Below, piece after piece: positions 44,190 through 55,740 of a stretch of DNA of 64,000 nucleotides; positions within the stretch are counted from its first letter, which is position 1, and every line of letters starts with the position of its first letter. The stretch is taken from NCBI RefSeq assembly GCF_009914755.1, contig NC_060928.1; one strand, written 5' to 3'. The notes beneath the pieces were generated by a model. That model made no database searches and was not told the DNA's origin. It saw only the letters and a program-made list of their open reading frames with translations. Source of the stretch: the human T2T-CHM13v2.0 reference genome, Homo sapiens. Made by a program: the position numbers and the translations under genes.

Positions 44190-46800
44190 GTAGTTCAGAA
44201 CGCAGAGGCTGGGGCATGCAGTCAGTTATTCTTCCTACAGGTGAGGTCTACAAGACACTCTGTCATTGCCACTGGGGTCTATCCCTTCTATTGCAAAACT
44301 CTACTTCTCAGTATTCAGAAAACAGCTCTCTCTTGGTTTATGGGAGCCTTTCTTCCTAAAGGGAAACTCAGAAAAAGGAGGTTAGTGGAATGAAATATAT
44401 GTCCTCTTGATTTCTGGGCCACAGCTGCTACTTAATATCTTCACTTCACATATAAATTCTAGGTTCCTTCACCCTAAGATATAATATCGGAAAGTCTTGG
44501 TGGGTTATCTGATGGCATGATTAAAACCTTCATCTGCAAAATTATGACACCTTGATAATTATACCCTTCTCATTTTGGGGTTGCTGCACATATCTATTTC
44601 AATTACAAGGTGTCATATCAGGAGACACACAAGTGGATCGCCAGAGTTCCACATGCTGTTCTCCCTGACACTGCTATGTACACAGAGCCTTACCTCCTCC
44701 TTCTGGACAGGATTGATTACCATGGTGATGGGTCTCTTTTTGCCTTCTGGTCCCTGGACCCAAGACATCCAATGTACCCTGGTAGTAGTTGTAACTTACA
44801 GTTCAATGAGACCCTTGATTGTTCACTACCCAGAGTGAATACTCATTGGGGACCAAGGTTTCCCACCAGAAAAGTCCAAAGTTGTGGAGAAGAAAGTCAC
44901 AGAATCCTTCAGTGGGTAATTGAGAGTGATGGCAATTGGGACATATTTTCTTCCAACCCTTGTTTTTCATACCCAGGTATCAAACCTCTTGGAATCGCAG
45001 CACCGTATAGAGGTCTCCAATTTTACAAGTATACTGCATTCTGATATATAGTAATCCATTTTTTTCAGAGTGTTTAACTTGACGATGTTTTAGTTGTACC
45101 TTCAGAAGGCAATTCTAGCATTCTTTGATGCCAGCAAACTCTGGATAATGTGGTACATAGCACAACTAGTGGACTCCATGGACATGAGCCCATTCCTATA
45201 TCTCCTTTACTGCAAAGTGGGTTCCCTTGTCAGATGCCACCCTGTGAGGGATTGTATGACTGTGGATCAAGTATCCCATAAGACCTTAAATATGAGTGCT
45301 TGTCAAGCTTTTTCAGATAGTAAAGGCAGAATAGACAGAACAGTTATTTAGCATTATAAAGATAAAATGTTAGCTTTTCTAGGCAGGAGAGTTCTTTATA
45401 CTCAGCTTGCCATCAAGTGGCCTATTGGTCTCTAGAGGTACAATGCTAGATTCAAAGTAAAGTGATCACCTTTATTGCTGACACATTGGGCATTCAGAGG
45501 TGGCAGCAGCTAGAACAGCCTTAAAAATAAGAGTCCATGCTTTCAGAGCTATACACAGCCTCTCTCTCTGTCATCATGGGCATTCTGTTAATTTGCATAT
45601 TATGCCAGTTATAGGATGACCAATGGCAAAACATGGCTAATATAAAATGGCTGAGTCATTTTTTTCCCTGTGGATGTTTAGTGCCTCTTTTGTGTGAAGC
45701 TGTTTGATGGGCATTAATGTGCAATAGCAAAATTTCCATACTTTGTGGCCACTCCCATATGTCCATCTCCATGCCTCTACCACAGAACTCTTTAATCCAG
45801 ATTTTGCAGTCCTTTTCCTCTCAGGTCTCCAACAAGACAGCTAGGCCATTGACTTCTGCCAAGGGTTCTGTATATATTCTCACCTCAGTCCACTTTTCCT
45901 TGCACATAATGTGCATGACGAAATGTACCCTCACACATCTGTCCACTGGGAAGATCCTCCCTCTCCACTATCCTTCAGGCCCACTCTCGAATGTAGCTGT
46001 AATCCAGCCACTGTTCATTTTTGTATTGCACATATTTCCTGAGGTGATCCATCTTTAAACCAAGTCTTTGAGTTTTCCTATTCATTCAATTGGATGTAAA
46101 AAAAAGTTGCATCTTCATACAGCCATGACTGTAAGATGGAAGTGGAATAATATTGTAATTGTGAGTGACATGGGGTTGTGAGCTTAATTGGGCTGTCTTG
46201 TCCTGCTTGTGCTAAATTCAGGGTGTACTAATTTTGTCTTGATAGACTTTTGTTATGTCTATCACACTTTAAGACTTCATGAATCTTATGTAATCCATCA
46301 CATTATGGTCATCCTCGGATCCATGCTCACTTGGTCTTTCATGATCAAATGTTCTAAGCCTACCAAAGTCCATAGTACACCAAGATGTGTAATAGTATAT
46401 TATACTTTGCTACTGATAGCATAGAATTTCTCAAGAAACCCAGGGATATACATTGTGGTTCACTCACTGAAGCTTATTGTAAGCTTCATACTACTACATG
46501 TTTTTCCCCTCCTGACACCTCCAGTACGATAAAATGTGCTAGATTACATGTTCGAAGCAACTGATCCTTGGGTGACTAAACCTGCTACAAGTTTTTTCTT
46601 GCTTTAGGCCCTACTCAAAATTCATATCTTTCATTTCACCAGGCATATGGGCAAGAAAAATAATCTTAGATATAGAAAATGTTGCATTCAGAATCCAGAA
46701 TGGACTATTAGGCCTTATGTTTCTTTTTATGGTGAGTAATAAGAATGTAGCACTTGTCTTTTACCTGGAGGAATTACTCCAAAATACCTCTGACCACTGG
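44190..46800 (-). mobile_element. Decayed ERV-L class internal region (ERV3-16A3/HERV16-like) pol: RNase H, integrase, dUTPase-like
   Basis: Hand translation of minus strand: RGMEMDIWEWPQSMEILLLHINAHQ (~45780-45705, RNase H); IPHRVASDKGTHFAVKEI*EWAHVHGVH*LCYVPHYPEFAGIKEC*NCLLK (~45250-45100, integrase core); VSLNCKLQLLPGYIG...VINPVQKEEVRL...WNSGDPL (~44810-44630, dUTPase-like). Confidence 0.85.
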
Positions 46801-46859
46801 ACCCTTACAAAATTCACAGAAATGGCTGGTCATTTGTTTTGTTTGTTTGTTTGTTTGTC

Positions 46860-47228
46860 TTTGTTTTTGTCTTTTGATGTGCAAGCATTTAATTTGAAAA
46901 AATTCATGTGCACAAGCCATAAGTAAGAATGGAAAGCAACTCTGGCTCTGAAGAAAAGAGAGGGAGAGAAGATAGGGTAGATGTGTCATAGACTGCTATG
47001 CAGTCTAAGAAAAACTGAGCAAAGGTATTGGGGAGTGTTCCAGCAAGGATAATCCATGAGAAAGGCTCTGTTTTTCCTAGGAATGGGTTTGCCTTGGTAT
47101 TTCTGCTGTATTTATTCATAGACTGGAAAGCTTGACCTTGGTACCCATGTTTCAGTGGGTTTCAGAGTGCAGTAATGGGGTCCTTAATCAACTGGAAGTA
47201 TGTGAGGTGCATTGTCATAGACACCACA
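46860..47228 (-). mobile_element. LTR16A-like LTR, probable 5' LTR of the ERV-L remnant
   Basis: 'tagactgctatgcagtctaagaaaaact...ggggagtg', 'cctaggaatgggtttgccttggtat'; terminus 'caccaca' (TG on minus strand). Confidence 0.65.
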
Positions 47229-47374
47229 TATATTTCACAATATTAGCATGTATATTTAATAGAAAAATATATATAACATGGTCTATAATGTCAGACAGAA
47301 AAAAATTAAATTAAACTTTTGCCAATTTTAGTGGCATTAAGGTAAGATAATTTACAGATCTGAGGCTGTTTACT

Positions 47375-47470
47375 TAGCTTAATAAATGTATATAATAACA
47401 CTGTACTTACTACATGAGGAATAAATAAATAATATATGTAAAACATCTGGCACAGAGTAGGTAAGCAAGA
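47375..47470 (+). mobile_element. MIR 3' fragment
   Basis: 'aataatatatgtaaaacatctggcacagagtaggtaagc'. Confidence 0.55.
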
Positions 47471-49116
47471 CAAATGCCATGCAATATTAGCTTTAAGATT
47501 GTCTCTGTCTGTACAATAAAGCTAAATAGTATGATCAATTTGGTTCAAATATTTAATGAAATAGTCCCCTAGATGCCACATGTATATATGCTTTTTTTAA
47601 ATAAGGGTTTTGGTTTTTACGACTAACAGACTAAGTATTAGAGATGTATATTATTATTTTTGTCTACAAATAAGAAGAATCCTTTAATGATAAAGAATTT
47701 TGACTATAGGATAAACAGTTAAATGACTGATGGATAAACAAGAGAATAGGAGCAAAATGTAAAGGCATTTTGAGCCTATTCGGACATTATACTAGTTCTT
47801 AAAAGAACAAAATTAAGACTAAAAAAGCATTCTTACATGTAGCAAATATTATGCAAATTTATCAGTAAAATCTAAATTAAGTTAAGCTCATAGATTACAT
47901 AGGTATTTGTTATCTTAATGCTATTTGATTTTATCATTTAATCTCAATTTTTATTTACAGTCAGTTACAAATGTGTAACATTTCTCATATTTGCATTACA
48001 ATTCAGTACATTAAATAACATAGAAAAATATCTCTTACATTCACTTGCAGAACTTATGTCTAGATTCACTGGAACTTAGAGTAAAAGGAAATAAAGGAGA
48101 CTAGCCTCATCTATTAGACATAATAATTACAATAAAAAAAGATTAGTTGAAATAAAAATTGCATTGCCCAAGTACCTGAAGTATAGGAGGAATTTGTCAA
48201 GAGGATTAATTCTCTCTAATGAAAAATACTTTTCTTGAATAGCAGACTCCTAATGGGAACAAGTATGAATGGTTTAAAATGAAACATGTCCACATTCTGA
48301 GTAGAATATTTAGTAGCCTGCAGTGATTTGGTCAGTATAATTTTCAAATCACTTACCATTTAATACTGATACTTCTACTAAAACAATTCATGCTGAGAAA
48401 ATGTCTCTGCTTTTCAAAGCTAACATTAATTAAACTATTTAAACCTGAATCAAAGTTAATTATATTAATCCAATTATTTATTGAAAATACCCTTTAATTT
48501 CTCTTGACTTTAGTAAGCTCTTATTGTATGCAATGAATTGGGTGTTTTGAATGCTGCTGGCCTAGAGATTTTATAAAGAATGGAAGAACTCAGGAGTGAA
48601 AAGGAGAAAGTGAAAAATGTGTTGCATTTCAATAATGCTTAAAAAAATTGTTATCCCTTTACCTGTTTGAGAAAATTGTGTCATGTGCTTGCTTTCAAAT
48701 TTATTTTTATCATGAGCTGTAATATTTGTCATCTGTGAGATATATTTTGAATAGTTTTCTGATACCTTATTTCCGTTATTTTTCTTTGAAGCTAAAATAA
48801 ATATTATTTCCTTCAGCAAGCTTTTATAAATTTCTGAATACGATCTCTAAATATTTAACTTTTTATGGATTAATTTGTTGTAATCTTTATTTATTGGGTA
48901 AAATTTTAAAAATATTTTTCAAAGTACACATGCTGGATTATATTTCTAGGGGAACATCCAATAAATAATATTTTTAAATCTTTCATAAAAATGATAATAA
49001 ATTTGAGTAGTAAGTGTTGATATTACTGAATCCTATTGTTGTATTTCCCAGACTCTTGGATACGGTCAGCTCTATGACTTTTTCTGAGACCGGCTACTCT
49101 GTGGAGACAGCAGAAA

Positions 49117-49322
49117 TTTAAAAAAAAAGTGTGTGTGTATATATATATATATATGTGTGTATATATTTTTAAAAAAGTGTGTATATATATATATATGCTT
49201 CTTGTATATATATATACACACACACACACACACATATACATACACACACGCACACACACACATATGGTAAAAATGTATGTGCATATATATATATATATAT
49301 GTATATATGGTAAAAAAAGTGC
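49117..49322. repeat. Compound (TG)n/(TA)n/(CA)n microsatellite
   Basis: Direct reading of the sequence. Confidence 0.97.
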
Positions 49323-50901
49323 GGAGAATGAGATCCAAATCTACATGACAAAAAATAATAAGACTGTCATCAATATTTTATATTGTTTCAGTAAAGACAC
49401 ATACTCAGTTTTTCACCTTCTGGTTGGGAGTCAAAGATAGTTAAACTTGATGAAGAGAAGTTGGAAAGCCTGAGTTTCCATATAGTATGACCTTGTCTGA
49501 TCAATCTCCTGAGAGAAGCAAAACTGGAAATAAACAGAAGAGTTTTGTGCTTCAAGATTCAGTCTAATGCAAACAGTCATAAACATCATGTGGATCAAGG
49601 TTGTGTTTCTCTAGCATGGAAATGGTGAGCTTTGCCAAACCTGAACAGCCAGGGTTGCATTGTCATTGGTCATCAGAATTATTGGAGATCAGTTAACATT
49701 AATCAGAAATTCAACCTTTCAAAACCAACAACAAAAAAAAGCAGTACTGAGCACTAAAAACATGCTTCTATTTATTTCATACTTTTCAAAATATGATTTC
49801 TTCCAAAAGAGAATAGAGAGTGGAAGATATTTAGTGGATAATTACTGCAGGCCCACTGGGTGTCAAAGTGCTAGGAGAGATAAATTAAGATTGGCCTCAG
49901 CATTTCCCTTCTAAGAATTGACTTGCAGTTGGTAATAAAAAAATTAATATAAACAGACAATTTGCTCATAAACAAGAACACATTTTGTTTTAATTCCATA
50001 CATTTACTTCCAGAGCAGTTAAAATTTAACCATTGAATTTCAGGAAATACTCCTTTAGGCTTAAAATTATTCACTTGCTATGTATCACTTCTTAAATTGA
50101 CTGAATAGAGATAACGGAAGTATTTACTTTTCTTGATTTCACTCATATGGTCAGTTTCATTTATAAAAACAAAACTTAGCAAATCAGAAAACATTGCACT
50201 GACAAGCTGTGAGCAATGACAATAATTCCACTAATGCAGTTGCCAAGTACACTAATTATACTAATGATGATCCAGTTGTCTGATAATCACATCCCCCAAG
50301 GACCATATACAGTCAATCTACACAGCTGCAGAGTCCTCTCCAGGCTCCTTTTGCTTTTTCCTGTCTTAGTATAAACTACATAATATTACTTTATTTGCAT
50401 AAAATAATCATCATAGCTGAACATGAGCTGAACATACAGACAGCTAAAGTGCTAAAGGGTAAATGAGGAGGCTTCTACATGAGGTGCCAAATCCTGTCAG
50501 TCATTTTTCCAATGCCAGACAGAGCCAAAGTTTAAACCGTAGATCTGCTTTCATCTAAAATAATCATGTGAGGTTTGGAGAAATAAGAATACTCGTGATT
50601 TATTTACCTAAATCAATGGGTTCTTTGTTGATTAAAAAAATAGTTTGAAAATATAACTATATAGATTTGTGGGCAAATGCATTTTCCTTCCCTCTTGAAT
50701 TCTCTGGCAGCAACCCAAAATGGTCTTAACAAGTCTATTGAATTTTAAAATATAATTTGCAATGAAAATTATTTACCTATCACAGAGGTAAGATAGTAAA
50801 ACTTATATTTGGGGAAAGGACATTTAGTGGTTATTTATTTAAAATTCAATAATTTTGTAAAAAAAAAAAAGCCTCTCTCTGTTTTTTAATTGATTAGACT
50901 T

Positions 50902-51380
50902 TGTCAAGAACTCTGAAGAGTTTGGGCTTCTAACTCTGCATGCTAGCAAGCTACTCTGCCATAGTTGTGTGAATTCAGGCAAAAGACTAAAGACTTCCTT
51001 TCTTTAGTGCAGCAAACAGCATGAACTCCTTGGTTCTCCTTGCCTCCTAGTTTCTATGGGGCAAATGTGGAGCTGCCCAGGTAGATGCTGCTCACACTGT
51101 TGATTTTTGTACAACGGAGGATACATTAACTTAGGAAACTCCATCTTTTAAAGAAGCTTCTAGAAAACCTACTCAATGCTTGCACGAGAGGGAAAGATTA
51201 TCTTTACTACCTTGGACAGCAGTCAAATCTGCTATGTGCTCCACGTGGAGAAACTATCCCTAACTTTCAAGGCTGTTTGCACGGCCTGAAAATGTAGTTC
51301 AGAGAAATGTAGCCGAGTAATGTCTCTTCTCAGAAGATGTGTAGAAACATGACACTATTGAGAAATGATCTCTCCCAACA
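50902..51380 (-). mobile_element. LTR40-like ERV-L solo LTR
   Basis: Minus strand starts TGTTGGGAGAGATCATTTCTC and ends ...TTCTTGACA; 5-bp TSD GACTT / GATTT. Confidence 0.75.
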
Positions 51381-51529
51381 GATTTCTTGGTTCTATAACT
51401 ATTCCAAGCTATAACCACATAAATAATTTTCAGAAACCATCATTCTTCAGTCATAGTTTACTTTGGTGTTATATATAACTTGAGTGGGATAGATAATAAA
51501 ACATAGCAAATAGAAATAAGAACAGAGCA

Positions 51530-51950
51530 GGTATGTAAATTCAGGTTCTCCAAAAGTAGATTCCAAGACGGAGAATGTGTTGAAATTCCTTTTGTAGGTT
51601 AAAAAGGACACACGGTTAGGCAGAGAGAGACAGAGCGTTCAGAAAACCATACAGGCCCCCTTGACAGGGCAGAAGATCGTAAAGAGGGCTGGCTAGGAAG
51701 AGACTCAGGTTGTAGTGAAATTCCGAGAAACACTCCGCCAATTGGATAGGAAGCCCTGGAGCAAAGACCATCTGATTTACGAGCTCCAGTCCAGCATCCG
51801 TACTGAACTCAGTCATTGACTGGGAGCAATCTCAGGATTGGCCTGTATGTATTTTGGGTACTGAACATGTAGCAAGTATAGTCTGTCAGTTAATTATACG
51901 CCAAAAGCAGATCCTCTCTTGAGAGAGCTGATCAGCGCACTCACACAGTT
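51530..51950 (-). mobile_element. LTR16-family solo LTR
   Basis: 'caggttctccaaaagtagattccaagacggag', 'gccctggagcaaaga', 'ctcagtcattgactgggagca'. Confidence 0.6.
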
Positions 51951-52194
51951 GCTGGAGCAGGGATAGTGACATTTTAATCAGGCATTGTTACTTCTTTGTT
52001 GGAATGTCCTTTGCTTTATAAATATTTCAAAGGTGTCCATGCTGCAAAGTCATGATTAAGGTTAAGTGCTTTTATGCTTTTTGATCGGGGAATACAATGT
52101 AAATCCATAGTTTCTTTTAATATAGCATAAAAGTTGATAGGAAGAAACAAAATGAAGATTTTGTTTCACACGATTCCAGAGTCATAGGGTAGGA

Positions 52195-52414
52195 CAGGGG
52201 TCAGCAAACATTTTCTTTAAAGGGATGGGTAGTAAATATTGTTTGCTTTTATACCACACAATCTCTGTTGCAAATACGAAACTCAGCTTTTGTAATGTGA
52301 AAGCAGTCATCGCCAATATATAAACAAATGAGTGTGACTCTATTCCAATAAAACCTTTTTACAAAATATTAGTGGGCTGGATTTTGCCTGTGGACCATAC
52401 TTTTTCTGGTTCTG
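52195..52414 (+). mobile_element. MER58A hAT-Charlie DNA transposon
   Basis: 'caggggtcagcaaacattttctttaaagg...tagtaaatatt' ... 'ttccaataaaac' ... 'gggctggattttgcctgtggaccata'. Confidence 0.88.
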
Positions 52415-52795
52415 GCTATACAATAGTTTACTATGTGCTCTGTAAGTGTTCCTCATCTCTGTACATGGTCAGTAATAGGATTGAGCAAACAGCTGATAGT
52501 TTGTATCTAAGATGTACGGAAGCCAAACATTGGACATATATGTTTTCTTTGACAAGTTGTAATGTTTGCCGCTGAAGTGAGCACCTTCAGAATGTCACAG
52601 ACACATATACTGATGTAAAGAATTCTTCTATGCTTTAGTGTAATGCGGGAAGGCATAAAGGCTTATGCTACAGTGGATTAAATAAGCATATGGAGGGCTG
52701 GCATGAGGGTTGAGGAATTGGGACAGTATAATGATTATCCCAGTATTTTCTATTCTTATTATTTCATGTGTTGAAATGGATGCCTATTTAAGGAA

Positions 52796-52798
<3 letters not shown>

Positions 52799-52842
<44 letters not shown>
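52799..52842. repeat. Perfect (TA)22 microsatellite
   Basis: Direct count. Confidence 0.98.
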
Positions 52843-52846
<4 letters not shown>

Positions 52847-52979
52847 TTTGTACTTAGTGGTACAAGAATTAAGGTAGAACTAGATAATTTTTTTGCTCTA
52901 AGTCAAAAAACTAAAAATAAAAAAGGAAACAGAATGAGAGCGAGAAAGAGCACCACTGGTGATCCAAGTGAATATAATA

Positions 52980-53470
52980 TCCTGATTTACTTTGGGTTTT
53001 CAAAAAATAGCACTGAAGATAAAAACTCAGATGTAGGTCATTTATTTTTTGATGGTAATTACTTTTATTTGGGAGTGATCTCAAGAAGTAGGAATCAAGT
53101 AGAGTAAGACAAATAGGAGGAAATTTTGATATAATGTTGTTGTTATCCAACTTGCTATGGCACATAACGAAAGTTCATTTTCTCTGGGACCATTGGCAAG
53201 TACAGTTTGACACCCAGAATTGTTCATCTGTAGACAGTAGCTACCTCTCATTTCTGAGATGTATTCATCCATGGGCCCAGTGGTCTGCCACTTGGCTAAA
53301 ACACCTGTGTGAGGAAGTAAAAAGACTCACAGCTACAATGTTGCTGGAAGCAGGATGCCATCAGCTGTTGGTAAATCAGAGTTCACATGAACCTGTATAG
53401 AGTAGTCAAAGCTGAAACTAGAGGCAGTTGAGTGTATGTGATGTAGGGTGCAAAAGTATCTGCCTGCAGA
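52980..53470 (-). mobile_element. LTR33-like decayed LTR
   Basis: 'ttttatttgggagtgatctcaagaag' and general antisense LTR33/LTR16 character. Confidence 0.45.
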
Positions 53471-54529
53471 CTTGTATTTGACTACCATGTGTTCTCTGCA
53501 TATTCAAGGGATCATGTACCTTTTTCTCTTAATTTGGGTACTGTTTATACAGCTTTTAATAGGTATATAAGCAGTATCTGCAGCAAAATTCTTGGTTTTC
53601 CTGGGATCTTCATGAAAACAGATTGAGATGTGTTATCCTTTTTAAGATTGGCATTCATAAATTGCTATGATAAAGAGAACAGGAAATGCATTGTTCTAAT
53701 GTTGCAGAAATTGCTGAGCACCAGTCTTTTCATAGTCTCTTTCTTTTAATCCAAATACCAATTTCATGACATTCCATATGCTTCCACAAGTATATCACAC
53801 TATTTTTGTTTAGAGAATGAAGTTAAATAAGAAAAACAAAGATGCTAAGTATTGTTTTTAATGGTATTCCTGACATCTTTGTTACTACTTCTGCAATGTT
53901 TTCAGATTCTCATTCTGTAGTTTAAGCATTTTTAATAGCCTTACTTGGGTTTCTCCTTTGGTCTTCTAATTGTATGAAAAGTTTTCTTATTTTCCTAGAA
54001 TACACATTATTGACTTATCCACTGTTTATTTCTCTTTTTAACTAGCACAAAATTATTTCATAAACAATCTATTATCTCCTTTTTAACTGTTTCAACTATT
54101 TTTATACATCCCAAATTTTCTTAATCCTAAAGTAGTGATAGAGTACATCAGCAGCACCTAATATCAGTATCTAGAGAGTATATTTTAAAATATAGGGGGG
54201 ACATGCAGGCCCCTGTCCCCCACATGCATGACTAAATTGATTTTTTTCTTTCAGCACTCCATGAGTGCCTGATTGTAAAATCCCATCTGGACTTAGACCA
54301 GAAGAGAAAGAGGATTGGCTCAAGCTGGAGGTCTAGTTACTAATTTTACAAAGGTGTTTATTCTGTGAACTATATCATTTTAGAGCCAGATGATAAACAC
54401 ATTTCAAATTGAATGCAAACTCTGATTAATTGGTAGTGGCTGCCTGATTATTGATATATGCCAGGAAAGAAAGTAGGGTAGTGGCTGCTCCTCAGCTAAA
54501 TATTACACACTCTGCTCTGGATACATTAT

Positions 54530-54790
54530 AATGAGGCTGTCAGAAAACTCACTCTCACCATGAACTATCTGTGTCTACTTGGCCTACTAACTCCATTCTA
54601 CCTGTTTATTTATAATATGAGGTTAGTACTAATACCTACCTAAAGTACTACCTAGTACCTAGTACTAATACCTATCTAAAATACCTTTTTGCATTTTTCT
54701 CGTGATGTAATGAATAAATAAAGGGAACTTAGTAAGTTGCCTAGCTGAATCCCTAATTAAAATTTAGAGGTTGACAAACGCTAAATGGTA
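54530..54790 (+). mobile_element. MIR fragment
   Basis: 'ctgtttatttataatatgaggttagtactaatacctacctaaa' resembles the MIR core. Confidence 0.45.
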
Positions 54791-55529
54791 ATAATAATAG
54801 TAACCATAATTGTGCGAACGATCAGCATCATTCACTGGTGCTCACAATTTTACATCTTTGCCTTTTTTTCATGCAAAACATACAAAATAGTTATTTTTAC
54901 CATAATTCTATAAATGAAGACAAATATAGATTGAGAATGTGTTTCTCTGACAAAAATCAAAAAGTCAAATTTGAGAGCAGAAGTATAATCAGCTTGGCGA
55001 TTTATTATCTGGTAACCATTGTTATCAGGTAGATGAGTATCTTCATTATTGTATTAACAACAGGTTTTAGTAATATAAATAGAATTGAAAACTTTTTGCT
55101 TGAAAAATATATTTCTCAAAGCCCTGGTCATAATTATCTGGACTTGAGAAGATTATTAAAATGAATGTAGTATTAGCTTAGGAGTGGAATATTTTTTAGA
55201 AAAAAAACTTTAGAGAATATTTCTTTTAGAAAAAAATGAAAACAAAGTCATATTAAACATTTAGAGAGGTAGCTATTGTGTTCACATTCAAATTTAGCAA
55301 TGTTTTGCATTGTTAGCATAGCTTCCATTTGGCTAGGTTTGCCTCCCTCAAAGTAAGTAAGTAAATATACCTGATGTTTCTAAATGGATCTTGGGAGTAA
55401 GTAAGCTAATTATATGAGCTTCTCCTGAAATTTCGGCCTTCAAGGAGACACAAAATAAAATATACCAAAAAATGCATATAGGCCACATGTTGTTAAAAAT
55501 GAAATCCCCAAACTCATATTGTATCAGAA

Positions 55530-55740
55530 TGTGGGCAAATTCAACAAGGACCCTTCTGCACCACCAGAGGAGGAATATTCTTTCTCACAACATTGTTATC
55601 TGCTTTCACCATGTGATTTGCTTTGGCCAGTTGTGTGCCTGCAGAAGTGATTGTATATGTACTCTTATGAGTTAAGGAAATAAAGGAGGCCAGAGCGGCC
55701 AACGAAGTGTGTGTGATGTGGACAATGACCAGAGAGGTCA
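55530..55740 (+). mobile_element. MLT1-family LTR fragment
   Basis: 'ccatgtgatttgctttggccag...gcagaagtga' is a common MLT1 motif. Confidence 0.5.

Noticed and set aside
44575-45351. Plus-strand ORFs (87, 144, 85 aa) as a small gene cluster
   Set aside because: They are antisense to decayed ERV-L pol; the meaningful homology is on the minus strand and contains stops
49023-49440. Overlapping ORFs on both strands
   Set aside because: Artefact of stop-free dinucleotide repeats
54228-54360. Strong acceptor TTTTTTTCTTTCAG with branch-like GACTAAA
   Set aside because: No convincing downstream donor; such acceptors are frequent by chance in T-rich DNA
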